This document shows, one piece after another, positions 7,213 to 15,924 of a DNA stretch of 32,000 bases (position 1 is the first letter of the stretch; every line of letters begins with the position of its first letter). Source of the stretch: Nanobdellota archaeon (GTDB lineage Archaea > Nanobdellota > Nanobdellia > Nanobdellales > Nanobdellaceae); contig AP031373.1 in assembly GCA_042850255.1 (NCBI GenBank), positions 480,001 through 512,000 of the forward strand, in the 5' to 3' direction. Made by a program: the position numbers and the translations under genes. The notes beneath the pieces were generated by a model that did no database searches, was not told the origin of the DNA, and saw nothing but the letters and a program-made list of their open reading frames with translations.

Positions 7213-8290
7213 TAAATATTATATATATGGAGAATATCTTTTATATGTTTTTATAATAATTATTATTTTTTCTTATATATTTCTAGTTATATTTAGAATA
7301 ATATATAATAGTATTTTTTATATTTTAAACCCTAATCTGTTAAATATAACCTTAAATATACTAAATAAGCAGATTTTAAATAGTTTAATTATATCTATAT
7401 TGTCGGTCTACATTTATCAGTTATATATCATTTTTAATAAAAAGTCTCATTTTTCAGATATATTTGAACAAAATAAAATATATATAAATATTGGTAATTT
7501 ATTTACGAACTTAGCAGGAATGGTTTTATATAACCCCTTTATTAATTTTGTATTTTTATTTTTGATATATTATTATGTATATATTATTTTTGGAAATCTT
7601 CCATCTTTACTATTTATAGTAGTTTTTTATGTTTCCCTTCTTTTAATAGAGTTTATTTTTAGAAATTTATTGTACTTAGATATTACAATAAAGTCTAATT
7701 ACAGTTCTCTCAAAGAATTTTATGATCCTTATATAAACAAAAAGATACAAGTAGATAATAAAGGTTATCTGATAGCCTCAGCTTTAATCATAAGTATAAA
7801 TACAGCATTTTTTTATATTATCCGATGTTTTTCGATATTTATTATAAGTATATTATTTGTGGTTTTGCTTATAATGGTCGTATTTACGATTTTGGTAGCT
7901 ATAAAAAAATTGAAAAAAGAGTATCTTATCTATTTTTATCGAGAACTATATCCTAATTTAAATATTTTTTATTCTTTGTTAAGGTTTTTCGAATATATGA
8001 TAATAATAGTTATTCCTTTTTTACTTTATTATATTTTTTACTATATGAATCTTTTAGAAATCATCAAAATTATAATTGCCTTTATTATAATAGAAGTTAT
8101 GTTGGATATAATAACTGTTTTTAACAAAATATTAAAAATTCCTTTCCTTATTAAATATTTAGAATTAGAAAACGGTATATTTTATGCCAATATCTTGCTT
8201 CTCGAAGAAACAAAAGATTATTTAATTATTTTAGATCAATCTAATAATATAATTAGAGTCTATAAAAATAAAATTATTGAAATGTATTAA
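7205..8290 (+). CDS. hypothetical polytopic membrane protein embedded between hsdS and hsdR
   Basis: 361-aa ATG ORF whose start overlaps the hsdS stop (ATGGATGA). It has roughly 7-9 hydrophobic helices by eye and a short soluble C-terminal tail, LELENGIFYANILLLEETKDYLIILDQSNNIIRVYKNKIIEMY. No family recognised. Confidence 0.55.
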   Translation: MDDKYYIYGEYLLYVFIIIIIFSYIFLVIFRIIYNSIFYILNPNLLNITLNILNKQILNSLIISILSVYIYQLYIIFNKKSHFSDIFEQNKIYINIGNLFTNLAGMVLYNPFINFVFLFLIYYYVYIIFGNLPSLLFIVVFYVSLLLIEFIFRNLLYLDITIKSNYSSLKEFYDPYINKKIQVDNKGYLIASALIISINTAFFYIIRCFSIFIISILFVVLLIMVVFTILVAIKKLKKEYLIYFYRELYPNLNIFYSLLRFFEYMIIIVIPFLLYYIFYYMNLLEIIKIIIAFIIIEVMLDIITVFNKILKIPFLIKYLELENGIFYANILLLEETKDYLIILDQSNNIIRVYKNKIIEMY

Positions 8291-8326
8291 GTTATATAAA
8301 AGGTATTACAAATATATTAAATTATA

Positions 8327-11300
8327 ATGAATGAGCAACAAATCAAACAAAAAGTATTGGAAATTTTAAAATCAAATAATTGGAATTATATTGAAAGTAA
8401 AAATTTAAACAAATCATCAAAAGAGATTATTATAGAAGATATCTTCTTCAAAAAAATAAGAGAATTAAATAAAAATTTAGAATTAACTGATAAAGATATA
8501 GAAAAAGTTTTAGATAAATTATTAAATTCTGATGGTAAAGAAGTTTTAAGATATTTAAAGAAGGGAATTTCAATTAAATTAGAAAAAACAAATAATATAG
8601 AAACAATAAAGATAATAGATTATGAAAATATAGAAAATAATTCCTTTATTGTATCTGATGAAGTTAGATTTAAACAAATGGAAAATGAGATTTATGTAGA
8701 TTTAGTACTGTTTATTAACGGAATTCCTTTTATTATAATAGAAAATGAAAGTATGAAAGATGGAGAGTGGAAAAAAGGATTTCAACAAATAGTTAATTAT
8801 ATTAAACTTATACCAAAATTAGCAAATATAAGTCAAATAGGTTTAGTTATTGCAGATAATATATATTATTTTCCAATTGATGAAGAATTTATTAAAAAGG
8901 AAGAATCTAAATTAGAAGGAAGATTGCAAATATGGAAACCTGATGAAAATAGAAAAACTAACGATTGGAATACAATATTAAATTCAACTATTGGCTATTT
9001 ATTAAAACCTGAAATATTATTAAAAATAATAAAATATTATACTTTTTATCAAATAAAAGAGAATAGAAAAATATTGCCAAGATATTTTCAATTTTATACT
9101 GTTGAAAAATTATATAATAAATTTAAAGAAAGATTGGAAGGAAAATCTAGTGATAAAAGTTGGGTTGTATGGCATTATCAAGGATCAGGAAAATCTATGA
9201 CAATGGCTTATTTATCTAAAATAATATTAAATAAATTGGGTAAAGAATTTTCAATAGATCCTGTAATATTAATTGTGGTTGATAGATTAGAATTACAAAA
9301 TCAAATGGATGAACAGACTTTTAAAAATGTAGATTTAGATTTAGAGCATCCTGAAAAAGTTATCGATAATTTAAGAGAATTATTAATTGATATATTAAGA
9401 AAAGGAGAAAAACCACAATCTGGTGTATATATTGTAACTATACAAAAGTTTGGGAAAAGTAGTTCAGAAGAATCTGAAGATGAAGATTTAAATACAGACG
9501 ATTTATATAATTCAGTAAAAGGTGTTGGATTAACAGAAGAAGATATAAAAAGAATTTCGGGAAGAAAAGATATATTTATATTAATAGATGAGGCGCATAG
9601 GAGTCATTATGGAAAATTGGGAAAAATACTAAATTATATATTTGGATCTGCATTTTATGTTGCATTTACAGGTACTCCATTATTAGGTAAAGATAAAAAT
9701 ACATTTAGATTATTTGGAGAACCTATAGATATATATTTTATTGATGAAGCTGAAGAAGATAAATATATAGTTCCTATCTTTTATAGAGCAGAATATGATA
9801 TAATAAATTTGACTTTAGATATACTTAAAAAAGAAAAAGAAATAAAAGATAATGAAGAATATAATAAAGTTATTACTGAAGTATTAGAAGGATATTTACC
9901 AGAAAATTTAGAAAATATAGAAAAAATTTATAATTTAAATGAATCTTTAAAGAGAAAATTATTAGATTTAAGAAGATTAGTATTTGAGAATGATTATAGA
10001 ATTAAAGAAATTAGTAAGAAAATATCTGAACATTTTAAAAATGAAGTAGAGCCTTTAGGTTTTAAAGCAATGGTAATAGTAGCTACTAGAAAAGCTGCAG
10101 TTAGGTATGTAAAAATATTAAAAGAATTGTTGGGAGAAGATACTGTAGAAGCAATTATAACATATCAAGGAACAGAAGATGATACTGAAATTTTGAATTA
10201 TAGGGAATATTTAATAAAAAAATATGGAAAAGGATTGAAAGATTATAATGAATTAAATGATATAATAAAAAATAAGTTTAAGGAAGATGAAAATCCAAAA
10301 ATATTGGTAGTAGTAAATAAATTAATAACAGGTTTTGATGAGAAGAAATTACAAACAATATATATAGATAGGTTTATGGTTAGTCATACATTATTACAAG
10401 CTATAGGGAGATGTGATAGACCATATCCTGAAAAGAATAAAGTTAATGGCTTAATAGTAGATTTTGTTGGATTAATAGATAGATTAAAAAAAGCCATTGA
10501 TTTATATTTTGGAACTAAAGATATAAAATTGGATCAATCAATATTATTGGAATATAAAGATATAAAAAGCGAATTAAAGAAAATTATAGATAAAATAAAT
10601 GAAAAAATATTTAATATTGTAGATATGGACCTAAATAAGGAGTTATCTAATTATAAGAAATATTTAGAGAATAATAATGTAGAATCTATAAAAGATTTAA
10701 TAGACGATATAATATTAGATATACTAGAAAATGGTTTAGATGGAAAATTTAGGGAAATTTTTAGAGAATTTGAAAGTACTTTATTTTCTCCAGTAACAGA
10801 TTTAAATATAAGGGAAGAATTTTATATATATTATGAGTTTTTATTATTAATTAAAAGTCAGATAGATTCTTTAAAAGAAAATGAAATAAAAACAGTTGAT
10901 GATATTAAAAGAATAGCAAATATTAAGGCTGAAGAAATTTTAGATAAATTATATAAAAATACAACGATACAACAATTTTTAACTTTTGAAAAGAAAGAAC
11001 TATCAGAAATAGTATCTGATGTAAAATCTGGAAAATATATAAATATTATAGATTTAAATAAGTTATCAAATAACGAAAAAGAGAGTAAAAAGGTATTGGC
11101 AAAATCTGTAAAGGCAATGATAATACTAAAAGAAAATGAACCGGCTTTTGTAGATATAATAGACAAAATAATAAAGAAAATTCAAGATTATAATAGAAAG
11201 AAGTATAATTCTTATATGATATTAAGTGAATTAATACCAGAAATTAAAAAGATACAAGAAATAGAAGATATAAAAAATAAATATAATTTTGATAGTGATG

Positions 11301-11581
11301 GATTGTTTATCTATAATTTATTATCAGAATCAATTAAAGATTTAAATGAAGAAGAGTTAATAAACATATCTAAGAAAATAAGAGAAAAGATATTGGAAGC
11401 TGAAGAACATAAAGAAAGTAATGATTTTTGTAGAATATTAAGTAGGAATATACAATTTGGGGTTGTTATATCATTATTAAATAAAAATATTGATGAAAAT
11501 ATAAAAGAAAATATAGTAAAAAGGATAAAAGAGCATTTTGCTAATAAATATAAGGAATGTCAGGACGAACTATTAAGATAA
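8327..11581 (+). CDS. hsdR: type I restriction enzyme, restriction/helicase subunit HsdR
   Basis: 1084 aa. The N-terminal PD-(D/E)xK-like nuclease region is VDLVLFINGIPFIIIENESMK. SF2 helicase motif I is GSGKS, motif II is LIDEAHRSH (DEAH), and the later motif is QAIGRCDR. Confidence 0.92.
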   Translation: MNEQQIKQKVLEILKSNNWNYIESKNLNKSSKEIIIEDIFFKKIRELNKNLELTDKDIEKVLDKLLNSDGKEVLRYLKKGISIKLEKTNNIETIKIIDYENIENNSFIVSDEVRFKQMENEIYVDLVLFINGIPFIIIENESMKDGEWKKGFQQIVNYIKLIPKLANISQIGLVIADNIYYFPIDEEFIKKEESKLEGRLQIWKPDENRKTNDWNTILNSTIGYLLKPEILLKIIKYYTFYQIKENRKILPRYFQFYTVEKLYNKFKERLEGKSSDKSWVVWHYQGSGKSMTMAYLSKIILNKLGKEFSIDPVILIVVDRLELQNQMDEQTFKNVDLDLEHPEKVIDNLRELLIDILRKGEKPQSGVYIVTIQKFGKSSSEESEDEDLNTDDLYNSVKGVGLTEEDIKRISGRKDIFILIDEAHRSHYGKLGKILNYIFGSAFYVAFTGTPLLGKDKNTFRLFGEPIDIYFIDEAEEDKYIVPIFYRAEYDIINLTLDILKKEKEIKDNEEYNKVITEVLEGYLPENLENIEKIYNLNESLKRKLLDLRRLVFENDYRIKEISKKISEHFKNEVEPLGFKAMVIVATRKAAVRYVKILKELLGEDTVEAIITYQGTEDDTEILNYREYLIKKYGKGLKDYNELNDIIKNKFKEDENPKILVVVNKLITGFDEKKLQTIYIDRFMVSHTLLQAIGRCDRPYPEKNKVNGLIVDFVGLIDRLKKAIDLYFGTKDIKLDQSILLEYKDIKSELKKIIDKINEKIFNIVDMDLNKELSNYKKYLENNNVESIKDLIDDIILDILENGLDGKFREIFREFESTLFSPVTDLNIREEFYIYYEFLLLIKSQIDSLKENEIKTVDDIKRIANIKAEEILDKLYKNTTIQQFLTFEKKELSEIVSDVKSGKYINIIDLNKLSNNEKESKKVLAKSVKAMIILKENEPAFVDIIDKIIKKIQDYNRKKYNSYMILSELIPEIKKIQEIEDIKNKYNFDSDGLFIYNLLSESIKDLNEEELINISKKIREKILEAEEHKESNDFCRILSRNIQFGVVISLLNKNIDENIKENIVKRIKEHFANKYKECQDELLR

Positions 11582-12237
11582 ATAATTTGGAATTTAATAT
11601 AAAGGTAGAAAAAACAAATTCTAAATATACATACATAAAATTTAATGGTAATAATATAATAATAAAAACGAAGTTTAATAATGTTGATAATATAATACCA
11701 ATTATAGAAAAAAATTTGGAAAAATTAGAATTATATTCTTTACCAAAAGAGATATTCGAAGAATTACCAATATTTGGAATTCCATATAAATTAATTATAA
11801 AAAATATAAAAAGAAAATATTTAATATTTCATAAGAAAAGATTAATTATATTAAATCCAAATTATAAGGAAGATTTTATTAATTATCTATCGAAATTATT
11901 AATTAAATATTGTAGTAAAGAGATTAAGAAGTTTTTAAAATTATTAGACATAAATATAAATCCAGAGATAGAAATAAAAATTATGAAATCTAAATATGCT
12001 TATGTAAAGGATAATAAAATATATTTGAGTATAATAAATGTATTTTTTCCAAAATATTTGATAGATTATATTTTATTTCATGAAGTTATACATTTTAAGA
12101 TTAAAAATCATGGCTATCAATTTAAAAAGTTATTAGAAATGCTTTATCCAAATTATAAAGAATTAGAAAAAGAATTAAAAAAGTGGACAATTGCAATATT
12201 CTATAACAAAAATATAAATAATTTATTAAATATCTAA
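11557..12237 (+). CDS. DUF45/YgjP-like zinc metallohydrolase (HExxH), a family frequently linked to type I R-M loci
   Basis: 226-aa ATG ORF overlapping the hsdR 3' end by 25 nt. The C-terminal ILFHEVIHFKIKNHGYQFKKLLEMLYPNYKE matches the DUF45 HExxH...H..F signature. Confidence 0.7.
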   Translation: MSGRTIKINNLEFNIKVEKTNSKYTYIKFNGNNIIIKTKFNNVDNIIPIIEKNLEKLELYSLPKEIFEELPIFGIPYKLIIKNIKRKYLIFHKKRLIILNPNYKEDFINYLSKLLIKYCSKEIKKFLKLLDININPEIEIKIMKSKYAYVKDNKIYLSIINVFFPKYLIDYILFHEVIHFKIKNHGYQFKKLLEMLYPNYKELEKELKKWTIAIFYNKNINNLLNI

Positions 12238-12323
12238 TTATCCAGAATTTTTAATTGTTTCGAAAATATAGACTTTCCAAATAAGAGGATTAAAAAAAGA
12301 TAAAAGATCTATTAGGTTTAATT

Positions 12324-12506
12324 ATGCTGATATCTTTTACTAAATATGATATAAGTGTTGTAAAAGAATTAATAAAGAAATATGAATTATATCCTAAAAT
12401 TATAATAGAAGAATTCGATATTGTAAAAGATTTATTAGAATATTTTGATTTTTCTCAAGAAGAGATAAATAATTTGAGAAAAATTTTAATGATCATAGAA
12501 GATTAA
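12324..12506 (+). CDS. hypothetical small acidic protein
   Basis: 60-aa ATG ORF, helical and acidic. No family recognised. Confidence 0.35.
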   Translation: MLISFTKYDISVVKELIKKYELYPKIIIEEFDIVKDLLEYFDFSQEEINNLRKILMIIED

Positions 12507-12523
12507 GATAAAAATTCTTTGTA

Positions 12524-12742
12524 ATGTTTGATAAATTAAAAATAATTATGGCAAATGAAATAATCCAAATATCGAAAGATGAGTTGATTCGAATATTTGA
12601 GGATAAATTGAAAGAAGTATTGTTACAAGCATTTATTGAATTAATTCCATATGTATCTGAAAAAGAACAAAAAGAAATAGAAGAAATAGTAGGTGATATA
12701 TCAAAATATAAGAAAGAAAATTTTGAAGATCTCTATATATAA
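12524..12742 (+). CDS. hypothetical small acidic protein (possible antitoxin-like or regulatory protein)
   Basis: 72-aa ATG ORF. The ELIPYVSEKEQKEIEEIVG segment resembles small thermophile proteins I cannot name with certainty. Confidence 0.35.
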   Translation: MFDKLKIIMANEIIQISKDELIRIFEDKLKEVLLQAFIELIPYVSEKEQKEIEEIVGDISKYKKENFEDLYI

Positions 12743-12835
12743 AAATAAATTTTAAATTAGTATAATTAAAAATTAAATTTTTTATTATCCATTTTTTATT
12801 ATTTCATATTTTTTAATTTAAATTTGACATAGTAA

Positions 12836-12881
12836 GACCGCGGGGATTCGAACCCCGGTCCCTGGGACCCAAACCCAGTAG
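12836..12881 (-). repeat. tRNA-Pro 3'-portion fragment (positions about 26-71), a putative att-type duplication
   Basis: gaccgcggggattcgaaccccgGtccctgggacccaaacccagtag matches 14202-14247 at 45 of 46 positions in the same orientation. It covers the anticodon arm, variable region, T arm and most of the 3' acceptor strand. Similarity stops abruptly on both sides. Confidence 0.8.
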
Positions 12882-12984
12882 TAAAGAAAAATTTCGCATT
12901 TTCATATTCAAAAAGCTTTAAATCATTGAATAAGATTATTTTACATATTATGTAAATTTTAACATGTATAGCAGTTTAATTATT

Positions 12985-13347
12985 CTATTTTTTTATTGTT
13001 ATTATCCTTATCTCCATATTTCTAGGTTTATCTTCCACAGCATTCTTGTGTATCTCGAAGAACCAACTCTTTTTGTATTTTTTTGCCATCTCTTTTGAAT
13101 TCGAAAAAATTTTAATAACAGTATTACATTTTTCACAGATTATTCCATAAAAATCGGGCCAATATCTAAATATTATGACGATAAAAAGATATATTGGGAT
13201 TTTATATTTTTTATATACATATACTAATATTTGTGGTGTTTGCTCTTTACATATAGGACAGTATCCTTCAAATTTTTCTAGAACTTGTAATTTTCTTTTT
13301 ACTGAAATAACCTTTATATTTTCATTATTTATAGTATTATTTTTCAT
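12985..13347 (-). CDS. hypothetical zinc-ribbon protein with a central hydrophobic segment
   Basis: 120-aa ATG ORF with two CxxC pairs (CPICKEQ ... CEKCNT) flanking IPIYLFIVIIFRYW. Confidence 0.45.
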   Translation of the reverse strand: MKNNTINNENIKVISVKRKLQVLEKFEGYCPICKEQTPQILVYVYKKYKIPIYLFIVIIFRYWPDFYGIICEKCNTVIKIFSNSKEMAKKYKKSWFFEIHKNAVEDKPRNMEIRIITIKK

Positions 13348-13498
13348 AAAATTATTTTTTAGGATTATTAATAAAAATTTTACTTAATTAGTTTTTAGGT
13401 AATTATCCCAATAAAAATTATTGTATCAAATTATAATAAAACTACGGGAAGACGAGATTTAAACAATATATTTAAATGTTTCTAGTAATAATTAATGT

Positions 13499-14095
13499 AT
13501 GGAAAGTAAACAAGATAGATATAAATGGACAACTAGAGAAATAGTATTTTTGACAATTGCAATAATATTTGCTATTCTTACTGTTGTCTTTGGTTTTCTT
13601 TATGTGAATAATAATAATGTTAATAAAAATACAATTTCGATAAATCAATATAATGCATTATTATCTAACTATACTAGTTTACAAGAACAGTATAATGCTA
13701 TATTACAAGGAATGCAGGGTGGTTTGGGATCATCAACTCTTATACAACCTGGTTATATGGATGCACTTACAACACTTTATGTACCATATAATTGTATAGC
13801 AACTGCTACCCTGAGTGTAAATGCTAGTGGTTTTGTTTATGTATATATTATGGGTTTATATAATACTATATATAACCAGGTAAATAACTATTCAATATCT
13901 CTTGGATTGCCACCTCCTTATAATATTAGTTATTATTATCAATTTAATGGAACCTACATAAATCAGATTATAACTTTAGAACCAAATTACGCTGGTGGAG
14001 ATTATTATTTTGTATTTGTAGATAATGAAGGAACATCGCCAGTTTATGCAATAGCGGATATTTATTTGGACAATCTTTCATGTTATATAAGTTGA
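13499..14095 (+). CDS. hypothetical membrane-anchored, Asn/Tyr-rich secreted-type protein
   Basis: 198-aa ATG ORF. TM helix IVFLTIAIIFAILTVVFGFLYV is followed by an N/Y/S-rich domain with several N-x-S/T sequons. It shares a PYNC motif with ORF 974-1432. Confidence 0.5.
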   Translation: MESKQDRYKWTTREIVFLTIAIIFAILTVVFGFLYVNNNNVNKNTISINQYNALLSNYTSLQEQYNAILQGMQGGLGSSTLIQPGYMDALTTLYVPYNCIATATLSVNASGFVYVYIMGLYNTIYNQVNNYSISLGLPPPYNISYYYQFNGTYINQIITLEPNYAGGDYYFVFVDNEGTSPVYAIADIYLDNLSCYIS

Positions 14096-14198
14096 AATAC
14101 ATAGATTTTATTGTTAATTTTTATTTGCGTATATTATAATTTAAGTCCATTATTTTTAAGTTTAGCTATTTTCTTTATTAGAAATAAGAAATAAAATC

Positions 14199-14269
14199 TG
14201 GGACCGCGGGGATTCGAACCCCGATCCCTGGGACCCAAACCCAGTAGCCTTCCACTAGCCTACGGTCCC
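14199..14269 (-). tRNA. tRNA-Pro (anticodon UGG)
   Basis: The minus strand reads GGGACCG-TA-GGCT-AGTGGAA-GGCT-A-CTGGG-TTTGGGT-CCCAG-GGAT-CGGGG-TTCGAAT-CCCCG-CGGTCCC-A. The anticodon loop is UU-UGG-GU with G37. No CCA is encoded. Confidence 0.9.
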
Positions 14270-14292
14270 TATCTAATAAGAATTTTTAGAAA

Positions 14293-14300
14293 ATTTAAAA
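14293..14300 (-). promoter_or_regulatory. putative TATA box for tRNA-Pro
   Basis: The minus strand has TTTTAAAT at about -31 to -24 relative to the tRNA 5' end. Specificity is low in AT-rich DNA. Confidence 0.3.
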
Positions 14301-14323
14301 GAATTTTCAAGACAATATTATCA

Positions 14324-15301
14324 ATGCCACAGCATGGTAGAAATAAACCTAGAAGTGTATCAATGCAATTCTGGCCTAGAGTTAGAGCTAAAAGAATTTA
14401 TCCAGAAATAAAGACCTGGCCTAAAATAGATAATATTCAACCAGTAGCATTTGCTGGATATAAAGTTGGTATGACTCATATAATAACAAAAGATAATAAA
14501 TTCGTTCCAGTTACTGTATTAGAAACTCCTCCATTAAAAGTTTTTGGAATTAGATTATATAAAAGGGATATAAATAAAGGATATTTAGCATTAAAAGATA
14601 TCATATCAAATAATATTGATCAAAATTTATTAAGAAAAATAAAAACATTAGAAATCAATGAAGATTTTGATAAAGATTTACAAGAAGCTGAGCAATTATT
14701 AGATAAAGTCTCTTTAATAAAATTAATAGTTCATACACAACCTTGGTTAACTACTTTAAGTAAAAAGAAACCTGAAGTATTTGAAATACCAATAGGAGGT
14801 AATAATGTTAAAGAAATATTTAATTATTCAAAAGAATTAATAGGAAAAGAGTTAAATATAACTGATGTATTTAAAGAGGGAGAATATATAGATACAATTG
14901 GAGTTACAAAAGGTAAGGGATTCCAAGGTGAAGTAAAAAGATTTAGAGTAAAAATACAACCAAGAGAAGTAAAACATAGTAAATCTCCAAGACACGCATC
15001 TGCAAGGGGTGCAAGAGGAATGAGAAGAATATTCCCAACAACACCAATGCCAGGTCAATATGGATTCTTTAGAAGAACAGATTATAATAAATTATTGATA
15101 AAAATATCTGATAACCCTGAAGAAATAAATCCAAAATCTGGATGGCCTCATTATGGTATTGTAAAGAATAAATATATATTATTAAAAGGATCTGTACAAG
15201 GACCTGCAAAAAGATTAATAATATTAAGGAAAGCAATAAGACCAAGGAAGAATCCTGAAAAGCTAAGTATAGAATATATATCTTTATTACCAAAGAATTA
15301 A
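14324..15301 (+). CDS. rpl3: 50S ribosomal protein uL3
   Basis: 325 aa. The N-terminus PRSVSMQFWPRVRAKRIYPEIKTWP, then FAGYKVGMTH and GVTKGKGFQGEVKRF, are archaeal L3 hallmarks. Confidence 0.9.
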   Translation: MPQHGRNKPRSVSMQFWPRVRAKRIYPEIKTWPKIDNIQPVAFAGYKVGMTHIITKDNKFVPVTVLETPPLKVFGIRLYKRDINKGYLALKDIISNNIDQNLLRKIKTLEINEDFDKDLQEAEQLLDKVSLIKLIVHTQPWLTTLSKKKPEVFEIPIGGNNVKEIFNYSKELIGKELNITDVFKEGEYIDTIGVTKGKGFQGEVKRFRVKIQPREVKHSKSPRHASARGARGMRRIFPTTPMPGQYGFFRRTDYNKLLIKISDNPEEINPKSGWPHYGIVKNKYILLKGSVQGPAKRLIILRKAIRPRKNPEKLSIEYISLLPKN

Positions 15302-15302
15302 A

Positions 15303-15599
15303 ATGGAGGTAAAAATATATAGAGTTGAAGGGGAAATATATAAAGTAAAAATTATTAGAAAACATAGGAAAAAAGAAGGTATTGATACTAAAAGAAAAAT
15401 AAAATATAAATTTGTCAAAGAAATGCTGGGAACAAGTGAAAAAGATGTATTAGAAAGAATATATTCATTATTTGGAAGTGTTTATAATGTTAAAAGAAAT
15501 AAAATAAGAATATTAAAAATTGAAGAGATAAAAGAAGAAGATATAAAGGATAAGAACTTAAAGAAATTTATAGAATTAGTAAAAAATGGAGGAATATGA
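15303..15599 (+). CDS. rplX: 50S ribosomal protein LX (eL20 family)
   Basis: 98 aa. MEVKIYRVEGE... and ERIYSLFGSVYNVKRNKIRILKIEEI match the archaeal RplX pattern. It is followed by pfdA, as in the conserved archaeal cluster. Confidence 0.6.
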   Translation: MEVKIYRVEGEIYKVKIIRKHRKKEGIDTKRKIKYKFVKEMLGTSEKDVLERIYSLFGSVYNVKRNKIRILKIEEIKEEDIKDKNLKKFIELVKNGGI

Positions 15600-15924
15600 C
15601 GAATTATTAGAATACTTATATCAACAAAAAGAAGAATTAGAAAAAAGATTATTAGAATATTCATTAATTAAACAATACATAACAGATTTGAAGAAACAGG
15701 ATCAAACATATATTAATTTAGGTGGATATATATTTGTAAAAGGTTCTATATTAGATGATAGTAAATTGTTGATAAATGTAGGCAGAAATATATTTATAGA
15801 AAAAAATAAAGAAGAAGTATTAAAATTAGTTGATGATGTGGTAAATAAATTAAATCAGGAATTAGATAATATTAATAAAAAGATAGTGGAAATAACTAAC
15901 CAGAGAAAAACTCTTCAATCTTAA
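15586..15924 (+). CDS. pfdA: prefoldin alpha subunit (short form)
   Basis: 112 aa. Coiled-coil ends flank the beta-hairpin core YINLGGYIFVKGSILDDSKLLINVGRNIFIEKNKEE. Synteny with rplX supports the call. Confidence 0.55.
   Translation: MEEYDELLEYLYQQKEELEKRLLEYSLIKQYITDLKKQDQTYINLGGYIFVKGSILDDSKLLINVGRNIFIEKNKEEVLKLVDDVVNKLNQELDNINKKIVEITNQRKTLQS

Noticed and set aside
12836-12881. The tRNA-Pro fragment as a Nanoarchaeum-style split-tRNA 3' half.
   Set aside because: Known split-tRNA halves break after position 37 and carry a G+C-rich complementary leader. This fragment includes the whole anticodon arm (it starts at about position 26). Its flanks are AT-rich with no complementary partner in the window, and an intact tRNA-Pro lies 1.3 kb away. 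An att-type duplication fits better.
12882-14201. An integrase or split int gene adjoining the att-like repeats.
   Set aside because: Neither bracketed ORF has a tyrosine- or serine-recombinase pattern. The DNA next to both repeat copies is non-coding, so no integrase call is justified.
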